Assembly (NCBI GenBank): GCA_900548285.1
Contig: URKE01000001.1
Span: 21,274-85,273 of the forward strand
Source: an uncultured Eubacteriales bacterium
GTDB taxonomy: Bacteria; Bacillota; Clostridia; Christensenellales; Borkfalkiaceae
Length of the DNA stretch: 64,000 nt
Direction of reading: 5' to 3'
Shown: piece after piece, positions 26,815-36,901 of the stretch
Layout: each line of letters begins with the position of its first letter
Position numbering within the stretch: position 1 is the first letter of the stretch
Notes under the pieces: model-generated
The model's input: the letters and a program-made list of their open reading frames with translations, nothing else
What the model was told of the DNA's origin: nothing
The model's database searches: none
Translations under genes and position numbers: made by a program

Positions 26815-27435
26815 ATGAACTATCTTGCCATAGATACGAGCAGAAGCAGCCTTACGGTTGCCGTTGGCGGAAAAAACAAAGCGGTGAAATTTTTGCCCGA
26901 TTGCGCGCTTACGCATTCGGTCGTTCTGATGGGCGAAATCGAAAACGCGCTCGCCGAAGCGGAAATCGACAAAAAGGATATCGACGTTTTCGCGTGCGCC
27001 GTAGGTCCGGGATCTTTCACGGGGATAAGAATAGGCGTTGCCACGGTCAAGGCACTCGCTTACGCGCTCGGGAAAAAGGTTCTCGGCGTAACCTCTTTCG
27101 ATTCTCTTGCGTATAATGTATCAGACGGGCGTAAAAAACTCGCCGTAATAGACGCAAGGCACGGTAATTTTTACGCGTGCGGATACGCCGCCGACGGGCA
27201 AATCGACCTTTCGCCGCGGTTTATCGATACCGCCGCGCTTTGCGGGCTGGCTCGGGAATACGAGATAATTTCGGACGAAAAAATCGAAAATTCCGACGGG
27301 TTTTCTTATTCGGTTGCCGACGTCAAAGACGGATTTATAAAAGCCGTGGAGGCGAATCTCGGCAAGGCGTCGGAGGACGCGGAAACGCTTGTTCCGCTTT
27401 ACGTCAAGAAAAGTCAGGCGGAGGAAGAAGCGTGA
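26815..27435 (+). CDS. tsaB: tRNA threonylcarbamoyladenosine biosynthesis protein TsaB
   Basis: YeaZ/Kae1-inactive paralog fold, MNYLAIDTS...GPGSFTGIRIG. Confidence 0.85.
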   Translation: MNYLAIDTSRSSLTVAVGGKNKAVKFLPDCALTHSVVLMGEIENALAEAEIDKKDIDVFACAVGPGSFTGIRIGVATVKALAYALGKKVLGVTSFDSLAYNVSDGRKKLAVIDARHGNFYACGYAADGQIDLSPRFIDTAALCGLAREYEIISDEKIENSDGFSYSVADVKDGFIKAVEANLGKASEDAETLVPLYVKKSQAEEEA

Positions 27436-28010
27436 TAGGGGGCGCGAACGGTAACGCGAACGCCGACAAACGCGAAAACCGAAGCGGACACAAAAACGTA
27501 AGCGAGAACGCCGACAAGCGCGAAAACCGAAGCGGACACAAAAACGTAAGCGAGAAAGGAGAAGAAATAACCGTCCGCAAGTGGGTAAGAGAGGACTGTT
27601 TCGCGGTTTCGGAGATCGAAAAACATTGTTTTTCCGATCCGTGGACGGAAGAAATGGTTATCGGTTCTTTTTCGGACGACTATTTTCTCGGCTACGTTGC
27701 CGAAACCGAGGGGAAAATTATCGGCTACATCGGTTTGTCGGTCGTTTTCGACACCGCCGACGTTCTTCTCGTCGCCGTGATTGAGAAATATCGCAGGCGC
27801 GGCGTTGCGAAAACTCTTCTCGCACGCGCTTTCGAAGAAGCGAGGGAAAACGGCGCGGAACGCGCGATGCTCGAAGTGGACGTTAAAAACGCGGCGGCAA
27901 TCGGGTGTTATCTTTGTTCCGGGTTTAAAAAAGTAGCCGAAAGAAAGAACTATTACGGAGCGGGGAAAGACGCTTTTATTATGGAGAAAATGTTATTAAA
28001 CGACTTATAG
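27432..28010 (+). CDS. rimI: Ribosomal-protein-alanine N-acetyltransferase RimI with N-terminal 2x16-aa tandem repeat extension
   Basis: GNAT motifs (RRRGVAKTLL). GTG start overlapping tsaB stop. No in-frame ATG upstream of the GNAT core. Confidence 0.65.
   Translation: MIGGANGNANADKRENRSGHKNVSENADKRENRSGHKNVSEKGEEITVRKWVREDCFAVSEIEKHCFSDPWTEEMVIGSFSDDYFLGYVAETEGKIIGYIGLSVVFDTADVLLVAVIEKYRRRGVAKTLLARAFEEARENGAERAMLEVDVKNAAAIGCYLCSGFKKVAERKNYYGAGKDAFIMEKMLLNDL
27459..27554 (+). repeat. Perfect 48-bp tandem duplication inside the rimI 5' coding region
   Basis: aacgccgacaaacgcgaaaaccgaagcggacacaaaaacgtaagcgag x2 (one A/G difference). Confidence 0.85.
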
Positions 28011-28051
28011 GCGGACTTTCCGCTATCGTTGAGGGGCGTGGCGAAGTCCTT

Positions 28052-28711
28052 TTGGCGCTTCACGGCTACCTGGCAAGCAAGGAGAGTTTTTTAAAACAGA
28101 TACGATTTTTTTCGGCGTTTTATAAGGTCGTCGCCGTCGATATGACGGGATTCGGCGAGTCGCCGGGAATGGAAAAACCTTATTCCGTGGACGATTATAA
28201 AAACGAAATCAGACGCGTCGTCGACGAACTCGGGGTTGAAAAGTATAATATTCTCGCTCATTCTTTCGGGGCGAGGGTGGCGATTAAACTCGCCGCCGAA
28301 GATAAACGGATAAACAGAATAATTTTTACGGGCGCTGCCGGCTTGAAGCCGAGAAGAAGTTTGAAATACTTTTTCAATAGGGCGTCTTTTTTAATGCTCA
28401 GAAGGCTTGTCCGAAAAGAAAAACTCGAGAGATTTTATTCGTCCGATTATCGCGCCTTGTCGCCCGTGATGAAAGAGAGTTTTAAAAAGATCGTTTCGGA
28501 AAATCTGGAGTCTTACGCAAAAAAAATAACTGCAAGAACGCTTATTTTAAGCGGAAAAAAAGATACGGAAACGCCGCCTTATTCGCAAAAAAAGCTTCAC
28601 AGGCTGATAAAGGGGTCGCGCCTTGTTTTTATCGGCGGGGGACATTTCTGTTTTGCGGATAATTCGTCAAAGTTCAACGCTGCGGCGTTTTCGTTTTTAG
28701 CGGAGGGGTGA
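28052..28711 (+). CDS. Alpha/beta hydrolase (start possibly further upstream at a non-ATG codon)
   Basis: HGYLASKESF, GESPGME, nucleophile elbow HSFGA. Confidence 0.6.
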   Translation: MALHGYLASKESFLKQIRFFSAFYKVVAVDMTGFGESPGMEKPYSVDDYKNEIRRVVDELGVEKYNILAHSFGARVAIKLAAEDKRINRIIFTGAAGLKPRRSLKYFFNRASFLMLRRLVRKEKLERFYSSDYRALSPVMKESFKKIVSENLESYAKKITARTLILSGKKDTETPPYSQKKLHRLIKGSRLVFIGGGHFCFADNSSKFNAAAFSFLAEG

Positions 28712-28721
28712 AATTGCGGAA

Positions 28722-30332
28722 ATGATTTATTTTTTTGTCGCCGCCTGTCTTTCGGCGGTATGCGTTTACGTCTGCTTCGGCAGAAAATTCTTCGCCGTTT
28801 TTCAGCAATGCGCTTATCGATGCGGTGAATTTTTCGGCGCGCTTAAAAAGGAGTGTAAAAACGAAATCGAGTATTTATCGACTTATAGCCTGACTTTTTT
28901 CGTTTATTCGCTTGTTTTTTCGCCGCTTTTCGCGCTTGACGACGTTTTGTTTTCAACGGTGTTTTTTCTCGGAACGTTTGCGTTCGCGCTCGGCGTTTTC
29001 CTGAAAAACCGTCCGGTGAAAAAGGTGAGAATAACCGCAAGATTCGCAAGGATGACTTTTGTTTCGGTTTTGCTCTTTGTTTTGTCGACAGTCGGCTTTT
29101 GTTACGTCGGTTATCTTGTCGTCGGTTATGATATTCCGCTTTGCCTTATCCTTTCGGCGTCGATAACGGTCGACGCGCTGACGTTGCCGTTTTTTATCTG
29201 CGCGGGGTGCGGCGCGTGGCTGCCGTACGACAGGTTAACGTTTGCAAAATCCGTAAAAAGGTGCAAGCGTAAACTCGACGGTTTACCGGGTCTTATCAGA
29301 ATCGGCATAACGGGCAGTTACGGTAAAACTTCCGTCAAAAACATTCTCGAAAAGATGCTTTCGGTAAAATATCGGGTAGTGGCGACGCCACTTTCTTACA
29401 ACACTCCGCTCGGGATTTGTAAAGCCGCGGAGAAAATAAACGCCGAAACGGAAATTTTTATTGCGGAAATGGGCGCGAGAAAGCCGGGCGACATAAAGGA
29501 ACTTTGCAATATCGTCCGCCCGGACGTGGGGATTATAACGGGAATTTGCGGTCAGCATCTGGAAACTTTTTTATCTGTCGAAAACGTAAAATCGACCAAA
29601 AACGAACTTATAGCCGCGCTTCCGCTCGACGGCTATGCGTTTTTCTCCGCCGACAGCGCGGGCAGCCGCGAACTTTTTGAAAAGTGCGGTTTAAGCAAGT
29701 GTCTTGCCGGGGCGAGCGGCGGCGAAGTGTTCGTCGAATCGGTCGAAGAGCGGGAAGACGGGACGCATATCGCGATGAATATCGGCGGCAAAGCGTATTC
29801 GTTCACGACCGAACTTCGGGGACGGGCTAACGCGGGGAATATATGCCTTGCGGCGGCAGTCGCTCTCAAAACCGGAGTTTCGCCCGAAAGGATCGTCGTT
29901 GCGGCGGAAAGACTGAAACCATCGCCGCACAGGCTCGAAGTTATCAGAGCGAACGGCGTGATCATAATCGACGACAGTTACAATGCCAACGTGGAGAGCG
30001 TGAAAGCCGCCGCGGAAGTACTCGGGTGTTTCAAAGGAAAAAAATACGTCGTCACGCCGGGTGTCGTCGAAGGGGGAGCGTCGGCGGAAAAAATCAACGC
30101 GGACGTTGGGGAAATTCTTTCGCGCGTGGCGGACGAAATAATCGCCGTCGGGTTTAATTCTGCCGACATCGCGGAGGGAGCGGATAAGGGAGCGGATAAG
30201 GGAACGCATAAGAGAACGGCGGTCGTCGAGGCGAACAATATCGAAGAGGCGAAAACGATTCTCAACGCGAAACTGAAAAAAGGAGACGCGGTACTGTTTC
30301 TTAACGATATTCCCGACAGATACGGCGCGTGA
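28722..30332 (+). CDS. Mur ligase family protein (MurF-like central and C-terminal domains) with ~190-aa polytopic membrane N-terminal domain
   Basis: GITGSYGKTS P-loop. Mur ligase middle and C-terminal domains. The N-terminus has ~5 hydrophobic helices instead of the MurF domain 1. Followed by ddl. Confidence 0.65.
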   Translation: MIYFFVAACLSAVCVYVCFGRKFFAVFQQCAYRCGEFFGALKKECKNEIEYLSTYSLTFFVYSLVFSPLFALDDVLFSTVFFLGTFAFALGVFLKNRPVKKVRITARFARMTFVSVLLFVLSTVGFCYVGYLVVGYDIPLCLILSASITVDALTLPFFICAGCGAWLPYDRLTFAKSVKRCKRKLDGLPGLIRIGITGSYGKTSVKNILEKMLSVKYRVVATPLSYNTPLGICKAAEKINAETEIFIAEMGARKPGDIKELCNIVRPDVGIITGICGQHLETFLSVENVKSTKNELIAALPLDGYAFFSADSAGSRELFEKCGLSKCLAGASGGEVFVESVEEREDGTHIAMNIGGKAYSFTTELRGRANAGNICLAAAVALKTGVSPERIVVAAERLKPSPHRLEVIRANGVIIIDDSYNANVESVKAAAEVLGCFKGKKYVVTPGVVEGGASAEKINADVGEILSRVADEIIAVGFNSADIAEGADKGADKGTHKRTAVVEANNIEEAKTILNAKLKKGDAVLFLNDIPDRYGA

Positions 30333-30430
30333 ATTACGGCGTATCGGAATCGATAAATAAACAAGATACGGCGCGTGAATTACGGCGTATCGGAATCGAT
30401 AAACAAACAAGATACGGCGCGTAAACCGAC
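30318..30430 (+). repeat. ~47-bp tandem repeat (2.4 copies) spanning the stop codon of the Mur ligase gene
   Basis: agatacggcgcgtgaattacggcgtatcggaatcgataaa[t/c]aaacaag repeated. Confidence 0.8.
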
Positions 30431-30485
30431 GTAAAAATTCCGAATCTTGTCGCGACTTTCAAAAAAACATATTAAGGAGGGTTAA

Positions 30486-31595
30486 ATGAAGAACGTTCTT
30501 GTATTTTTCGGAGGGGTTTCCTGCGAACACGAAGTTTCGGTTATCACGGGCGTTATGACGGCGAATTGCCTTTCGGGCGAGGCGAACGTTTATCCCGTTT
30601 ACATCGACACCGAGGGTAAATGGCATACGGGTGAGAAATTGAAGGATCTTTCCTGGTATAAAACCCGCGATTTTTCCGAGGTCACGCCTGTGAGCGTTTT
30701 CGCGGGAGATAATCGCCTTTACGCAATAAAGAAAAATAAAATCAAAGAAATATGTCGTGCAGACGCGGCGATAAACTGCACCCACGGGCTTAACGGCGAG
30801 GACGGAACGCTCGCGGGAGTTATGAGACTGAGCAAAATCGCGTTCGCTTCGCCCGGTTTGTTCCCGTCGAGCGCGGCAATGGATAAGTATTTTACAAAAC
30901 TCACGCTTAAAGGAATAGGCGTTGAAACTCTGCCTTACGTAAAAATGAACAGGATAAATTACGTAAAAAAACGCGAGTTCGCCGCGAAGTACGTTTCAAA
31001 ACGGCTGAGTTATCCCGTAATCGTTAAGCCCGCCAATCTCGGGAGCAGCATAGGAATAAGCATGGCGAAAAACGGTTTAACGCTCAACGCCGCGCTCGAT
31101 AACGCGTTCAGATACGACGATAAGGTGATCGTGGAGAAGGCTCTCACAGACTTTCGGGAGATTAACTGCGCGTGCATAAAACTCGGCGACAAATACCTCG
31201 TTTCGGAATGCGAAGAGCCGATGACGAGCGGCGAAATTCTCAGTTTTTCCGATAAGTATTCCGGCGAAAGAAAGGCTGTTTTCCCCGCCGAACTCGACGG
31301 CAAAACCGCATCGAAGATAAAGGACCTCACCTCTTATATATATCGTAAACTTGAATTTTCGGGCGCGGTGAGAATAGATTATCTTCTCGACGGCGAAAAA
31401 ATTTACGTAAACGAAATAAATTCCGTGCCGGGTTCGCTTGCCTACTATCTTTTCGTGGATTCGATAGGCGAGTTCCGCGAACTGCTTCTCCGTTCGATTG
31501 AACTCGCCGAGGAAGAGGAGTCCGACAGAGAAAACAACGTTTACACTTATTCGAGCAACGTTTTAAGCCTCGATTCGGAAAAACTGAGAAAATAG
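30486..31595 (+). CDS. ddl: D-alanine--D-alanine ligase
   Basis: ATP-grasp. MKNVLVFFGGVSCEHEVS N-terminus. Confidence 0.9.
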   Translation: MKNVLVFFGGVSCEHEVSVITGVMTANCLSGEANVYPVYIDTEGKWHTGEKLKDLSWYKTRDFSEVTPVSVFAGDNRLYAIKKNKIKEICRADAAINCTHGLNGEDGTLAGVMRLSKIAFASPGLFPSSAAMDKYFTKLTLKGIGVETLPYVKMNRINYVKKREFAAKYVSKRLSYPVIVKPANLGSSIGISMAKNGLTLNAALDNAFRYDDKVIVEKALTDFREINCACIKLGDKYLVSECEEPMTSGEILSFSDKYSGERKAVFPAELDGKTASKIKDLTSYIYRKLEFSGAVRIDYLLDGEKIYVNEINSVPGSLAYYLFVDSIGEFRELLLRSIELAEEEESDRENNVYTYSSNVLSLDSEKLRK

Positions 31596-31759
31596 AGAAT
31601 AGTTTGCGGTTTACGATGCTTATTTTGTTCTTGGTTAGATAGTGACGCAAATCGTTCCTGCGGCATAAAATAGTATCAGGGCAGGCAACGCGGGTGTTTT
31701 CCGCAAGGCTTGTGACAATCAACGAATTTTATGCCGCTTGTTTTAACAAAGGAGAAAAG

Positions 31760-32488
31760 ATGGGGAACGCTTTTGCCGTAATTTTCGGCTTGTCTTTTAT
31801 TTTCGCAATGACGGTGATCGGGGCTTTGCTCGCGTGTTTTATTCCGGAAAACAGTTTCGGAAAATGTTTTCCGTATCTCAACGGTTTTTCGGGCGGGGTA
31901 ATGGTGGCGGCGTCGCTCTGGTCGCTCGTTTTGCCCGCGCTCGGTTCGGCAGGGGAACACGCCGCGCTTAAAGTCGCGCTCGGCATAGCCTTAGGCGGCG
32001 CGTTTATTTTCGTTTTCGCGTTTATTTTTCCCGAGGACGAAAAAGCAGAATTCAATCGGCTTTTCGTTGCGATGACGGCGCACAATATCCCCGAGGGGAT
32101 AGCCGTCGGGTTTGCTCTCGGCAGCGGAATTCTCTCCGGCGCAGGCGTGATTGCGGGTATTTCCGTCGCGCTCGGAATAGGTTTGCAGAATCTCCCCGAG
32201 GGCGCGGCTATAACTCTTCCCGCGAGGAAAATTTACAGCAAAAAGACGGCTTTTTTCAAGGGTGTAATAAGCGGCGCGGTCGAGCCGATAAGCGGCGCGA
32301 TCGGCTTTATTGCTGTCGGGTTTATATCGGTCCTTATGCCATATCTCATGGCGTTCGCCGCGGGGGCGATGCTCTTCGTGGTATTCTCCGAACTGAACGC
32401 CGACGAGAAAAACGACGGACCGAAACTCGCCGTCGGAGGGATAGCAGGATTTATTCTTATGATGATTATGGACGTGGTTTTAGGGTAA
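31760..32488 (+). CDS. ZIP-family zinc transporter (ZupT-like)
   Basis: HNIPEG and LQNLPEG motifs, 8 TM helices. RBS AAAGGAGAAAAG. Confidence 0.8.
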   Translation: MGNAFAVIFGLSFIFAMTVIGALLACFIPENSFGKCFPYLNGFSGGVMVAASLWSLVLPALGSAGEHAALKVALGIALGGAFIFVFAFIFPEDEKAEFNRLFVAMTAHNIPEGIAVGFALGSGILSGAGVIAGISVALGIGLQNLPEGAAITLPARKIYSKKTAFFKGVISGAVEPISGAIGFIAVGFISVLMPYLMAFAAGAMLFVVFSELNADEKNDGPKLAVGGIAGFILMMIMDVVLG

Positions 32489-32570
32489 AACGTTGCTTTT
32501 TTCGCAAGTGTGTGCTAAAATATATTCAGGTCTGTTCGCGGGTAAACCGCGACTAAAAGCGAGCGAAAAA

Positions 32571-33230
32571 ATGTTTGTCGTGATATTAAGCGAAAAAAAT
32601 ACGAGCGGCGTTTACGTTGCTTTTGAAAACGGAATTCCGAGCGGTTTTTCGGGGTATGATTTTTTTGAGATCGCAGATTGTTCGCCCGATTGTGCGGAGG
32701 CGTTTGCCGCAAGCGAAAAAATATACGATGAGGTTTATCCGCCGCAAAGAGCGGAAGAGATAGAAAAAACGGGGAGCGAAAAGGTAAGGCAGGAAAAACT
32801 CGCCGTGTGGAAACTTCTGTTTGTCGCCATAGAGAGAAAATTCGGTTATAAGCCCGAAGAATTGAAGTTTTCAAAAACGGAAAACGGGAAGTGGATTTGC
32901 GATAAATTATGGTTTTCGCTCAGTCATTCTCACGGCGCGTCGGCGGTGATCGTGTCCGACAAACCTTGCGGGATAGACGTTGAATATAAGGTCGATTTTT
33001 TAAAAAAGTCCGCCGATAAGTCGTTTATCGAGGCTTTTTTGAATCGAATAGGCGAATCGGCGAGCGATTTCGGGACGATTTCCGCCGAAGAGATTTTGTC
33101 GCTCTGGACAAAAAAGGAAAGCCTTTATAAAATGACGGGCGAGGGGGTTTTTTCACCGAAAAAAATAACGCCGGGAAACGAAACGAAAAGTTTCGTCGTC
33201 GGCGATTACGTGTTCTCCGTCACGGAGTAA
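32571..33230 (+). CDS. 4'-phosphopantetheinyl transferase (Sfp/AcpT-type)
   Basis: CGIDVE and WTKKESLYK motifs. Confidence 0.7.
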   Translation: MFVVILSEKNTSGVYVAFENGIPSGFSGYDFFEIADCSPDCAEAFAASEKIYDEVYPPQRAEEIEKTGSEKVRQEKLAVWKLLFVAIERKFGYKPEELKFSKTENGKWICDKLWFSLSHSHGASAVIVSDKPCGIDVEYKVDFLKKSADKSFIEAFLNRIGESASDFGTISAEEILSLWTKKESLYKMTGEGVFSPKKITPGNETKSFVVGDYVFSVTE

Positions 33231-33245
33231 GTTAATGAAAAATCA

Positions 33246-33507
33246 TAGGGATTCCATTCGTCATCACTAATTACCGAAAAGGCGTCTTTTTCGCCATTTT
33301 CCGCGACCGTTCGGGCGCAGTACGTCAAGTACAGCAACCCTCACGCTCGCAAAAAATCATCAAAAAATGCGCTCTTTTCGGTGCGAAGCATTTTTGCGGA
33401 TGAGAAACCGACCGCATCGCGGCTCGTTTAGGCAAGGCATCCGCATAAATCGGTTTATCACCGCAAAAATAGTTAGTGATAACGAATGGAATCCCTACCG
33501 AAAAAAA
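33246..33507. mobile_element. MITE-like element: ~260 bp flanked by 25-nt terminal inverted repeats TAGGGATTCCATTCGTYATCACTAA
   Basis: TIRs at 33246-33270 (+) and 33483-33507 (-). A third solo copy at 23537. No coding capacity. Confidence 0.5.
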
Positions 33508-33547
33508 GACCGCGGAGATCGTTCCGCGGCTTTTTAATTTTACGTTT

Positions 33548-33820
33548 TTACGCTTCCTCTTTTGCGAGTTCGGTTTTGTAGGCTTCCATAATAGCCTTCA
33601 GCATTTCGGCGCGCGCTTCGTTGTTTATGGGGTGAACGATATCCTTATATTCGCCCTTGCTGTTCTTTTTTGCCGGCATGGATACGAAATATCCGTCGTT
33701 GCCGTCGATGATTTTAATGTCGTGAATCGCAATACATTCGTCGATGGTTACGGACGCGACCGCCCTGAGTTTTGAATCGTCTTTCGCGACGAGTCTGATT
33801 CTTACGTCTGTGATGTTCAT
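33548..33820 (-). CDS. spoVG: Septation protein SpoVG
   Basis: MNITDVRIRLV...ASVTIDECIAIHDIKIIDG closely matches B. subtilis SpoVG. Confidence 0.9.
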   Translation of the reverse strand: MNITDVRIRLVAKDDSKLRAVASVTIDECIAIHDIKIIDGNDGYFVSMPAKKNSKGEYKDIVHPINNEARAEMLKAIMEAYKTELAKEEA

Positions 33821-33999
33821 AAATTTTCCGCCTGTCGTATTTTTTGTGAAACTACGTTGTTTTTTTATAAAACCTTGTTTCGTATCGGATTATACCATAT
33901 TTTAACATGATTTTCAACAAAAAAATAAAAATTTCATAAATTTTGCCGTTTTTTGTCCGAAAAATAAATATACCCACGATTTTCGGCATATATTTTGGT

Positions 34000-35346
34000 A
34001 TGAAAACGGATAAAAAAACGGACAAAAAAAATTTAAACGTGCATTTTATCGGCGTGGGCGGGGTGAGCATGAGTTCGCTCGCCCGTTATCTTTTGTCGGT
34101 AGGGTTCAACGTGAGCGGAAGCGATATCGCGCCGGGCGAAAATCTTGAAAAACTCGCCGAAGAGGGCGTTACGATTTATATCGGGCAATCGGCGGAAAAC
34201 GTCGAGGGGAAAGACGTCGTTGTGTATAGCGACGCGATAAAAGAGGAAAATCCCGAACTGAAAAGAGCCGTCGAAAATAAGTCTTACGTTCTGAAACGCG
34301 CCGAACTTCTGAAAATAGTTTCCGAAAATTTCTCCAAAAAGATAGGCGTGTGCGGTTGCCACGGAAAAACGACCGTCACGTGTATGCTTGCTCACGTGTT
34401 CGACGAAGCAAACGAGCGTTTCACGGCGCATATAGGCGGATTCGATCTGAAATACGGCAACTGCGCGGTGAAAGGAGCGAAATATTTCATAAGCGAAGTG
34501 TGCGAGTATAAAAAGAATCTCAATTTTTTCGACGCGGATTACGCCGTGTGTCTGAACGCCGAAGCCGATCATCTGGACTGTTATAAGGATCGCGACGAAC
34601 TTAAAACAACCTATTTCGATTATCTTAAAAGGGCGTTCAAAGCGATTGTCAACGCGGACGACGGTTCTCTCGCGACTTACGACGGAAGTAACGCCGTGAC
34701 TTTCGGCTTGAGCGACAAATGCGATTTTTACGCCGCCGACGTAACGCAAAGGGGAGGAAAATATTCTTTCGACCTTTATATTTACGGAGCGAAAAGCGAA
34801 AGAATTACGCTGAAAACGTTCGGCGGGCATAACGTTTATAACGCTCTGGCGGCAGCCGCGTGCGCTTTTTTGTGCGGAATAAACCCTAAGAAAATAAAGA
34901 AAGGACTTGAAAGTTTCAGGGGCGTCGAAAGGCGGTTCGAGCATATCGGCAATCTTGCCGGCGCGGAGGTTTTCGCCGATTACGCGCACCACCCGACGGA
35001 AATCGCCGAATCGATAAAAACGATGAAAGAGGCGAAAAAAGGGAAGATTTACACCGTTTTTCAGCCGCACACGTTCAGCAGGACGATTTTTTTAAAGGAT
35101 AAGTTCGTCAAAGTGCTTTCCGGAACGGAAAATCTCGTTTTATTCAAAACTTATCCGGCGAGGGAAGAATATATGAAAGGAGGGAGCGCGAAGGAACTTG
35201 CTTCGCTTTTGCCTGACGCGGAATACTTCGAGGACGTGAGAGGGTTGCTTGCGTATATTTACGCAAAGGTAAAGCGCGGCGACGTCGTTCTCGTTCTCGG
35301 AGCGGGCGATCTGGAAGAAAAAATGAAGAAATATCTTGAAAGGTGA
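34000..35346 (+). CDS. murC: UDP-N-acetylmuramate--L-alanine ligase
   Basis: HFIGVGGVSMS Rossmann, GCHGKTT P-loop. Confidence 0.9.
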   Translation: MKTDKKTDKKNLNVHFIGVGGVSMSSLARYLLSVGFNVSGSDIAPGENLEKLAEEGVTIYIGQSAENVEGKDVVVYSDAIKEENPELKRAVENKSYVLKRAELLKIVSENFSKKIGVCGCHGKTTVTCMLAHVFDEANERFTAHIGGFDLKYGNCAVKGAKYFISEVCEYKKNLNFFDADYAVCLNAEADHLDCYKDRDELKTTYFDYLKRAFKAIVNADDGSLATYDGSNAVTFGLSDKCDFYAADVTQRGGKYSFDLYIYGAKSERITLKTFGGHNVYNALAAAACAFLCGINPKKIKKGLESFRGVERRFEHIGNLAGAEVFADYAHHPTEIAESIKTMKEAKKGKIYTVFQPHTFSRTIFLKDKFVKVLSGTENLVLFKTYPAREEYMKGGSAKELASLLPDAEYFEDVRGLLAYIYAKVKRGDVVLVLGAGDLEEKMKKYLER

Positions 35347-35416
35347 AAGGCTTTTCGATGAACGTTAAAGGCGGCGGAGCCGCCGCCGATTTACGTCGTT
35401 TAAATTCACGTAACTG

Positions 35417-36901
35417 TCAGTGGGCGTTTCTTCTGTCCTTGAAAATCGGGTTTGAAGTAAGCCTGATGCCGAGTTTTCTGTAAAACTTCTCGTCGTTATG
35501 CGCGAGCAGAACGGTCGTATGCACTTCGCAGTCGCGCAGTTTCGGCAACTGTTTTATTGCAAGCGCGGCGTTTTCGTCGTGTTCGGCGGAAGAGGAAAGC
35601 GCGATGAGCATTTCGTCCACGTGGAGTCTCGGGTTTTTACTGCCGAGATATTTTATTTTCAGATCCTGAATGGGAATAATCGAATTTTTCGATATAAGAT
35701 CAACGTCGTCGCTTATTCCCGCAAGATGTTTAAGCGCGTTGAGAATCATACTCGAAGAACAGCCGAAAAGATCGTTTGTTTTGCCTGTGATTATCGTTCC
35801 GTCGTCAAGTTCCATCGCGGCGACGGGACAGTCGCGTTCGAGTGAAATGCGGTTGGCGATTTCATACACCTTGCGTTCGTTAACGTCTATGTTGTTGCCC
35901 TTCATAATCAGCGCGATTTTATCCGATTCCGAAGAGTCGAGGTCGTTTCTTCTTTCGCGCGCGAGAGCGTTGAAATATCTTCTTATTATTTCCTGTTTTG
36001 CGGCTTCAACGCAAACTTCGTCGTCCGAAATTGCGTAGCCCGCCATATTCACGCCCATATCCGTGGGAGATTTATAGGGCGATTTGCCCATAATCTGCTC
36101 GAAAATCGCGTTTAACACAGGGAAAATTTCAACGTCGCGGTTATAGTTCACGGCTTGTTTTCCGTAAGCGGCGAGGTGCCACGGGTCGATCATGTTCACG
36201 TCGTTAAGGTCGGCGGTCGCCGCCTCGTAGGCGAGATTTACCATGTGGTTAAGCGGCAGATTCCAGATCGGGAATGTTTCGTATTTCGCGTAACCGACCT
36301 TATGTCCGCGTTTGTGTTCCTGATAAAGTTGGGAAAGGCAGGTCGCCATTTTTCCCGAACCCGGACCGGGCGCGGTTATTATCACGAGATCTTTCGTCGT
36401 TTCGATAAAGTCGTTCTTTCCGTAACCATCTTCGCTGACGATGAGCGGAATGTTGTTCGGGTAGCCCTTTATCGGATAATGCCGATAAGTTTTTATGCCG
36501 AGAGAGGCGAGTTTTGCTTCAAAAGCCTTCGCCGGATCGTTTTCCTCGGTGAACTGAGCGAGAACTACGCTTCCCACGTAAAGTCCGTAACTCTTGAAAA
36601 CGTCTATGAGCCTTAAAACGTCGAGATCGTAAGTGATGCCGAGGTCGGCTCTCACTTTATTTCTCTCTATATCGTGGCTGTTGATGACGATTACGATTTC
36701 GGCTCTGTCTTTCAGTTTGCCGAGCATTTTTATCTTATTGTCGGGCGCGAAACCCGGGAGAACTCTCGCCGCGTGGAAATCGTCGAAGAGTTTGCCGCCG
36801 AATTCTATGTAGAGTTTACCGCCGAACTCGTCGATTCTTTCAAGTATTTTTTCGGATTGTAGGGTAAGGTATTTTTCGCTGTCGAAGCCGATTTTTTTCA
36901 T
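35417..36901 (-). CDS. DUF1846/UPF0371 family protein
   Basis: ~495 aa conserved Firmicutes protein of unknown function. Start MKKIGFD with GGGAGA RBS. Confidence 0.65.
   Translation of the reverse strand: MKKIGFDSEKYLTLQSEKILERIDEFGGKLYIEFGGKLFDDFHAARVLPGFAPDNKIKMLGKLKDRAEIVIVINSHDIERNKVRADLGITYDLDVLRLIDVFKSYGLYVGSVVLAQFTEENDPAKAFEAKLASLGIKTYRHYPIKGYPNNIPLIVSEDGYGKNDFIETTKDLVIITAPGPGSGKMATCLSQLYQEHKRGHKVGYAKYETFPIWNLPLNHMVNLAYEAATADLNDVNMIDPWHLAAYGKQAVNYNRDVEIFPVLNAIFEQIMGKSPYKSPTDMGVNMAGYAISDDEVCVEAAKQEIIRRYFNALARERRNDLDSSESDKIALIMKGNNIDVNERKVYEIANRISLERDCPVAAMELDDGTIITGKTNDLFGCSSSMILNALKHLAGISDDVDLISKNSIIPIQDLKIKYLGSKNPRLHVDEMLIALSSSAEHDENAALAIKQLPKLRDCEVHTTVLLAHNDEKFYRKLGIRLTSNPIFKDRRNAH

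Noticed and set aside
31600-31760. Zur box in front of the ZIP transporter
   Set aside because: ttgtgacaatcaa is only a partial palindrome and does not match the Firmicutes Zur consensus (TCGTAATNATTACGA) that I recall.
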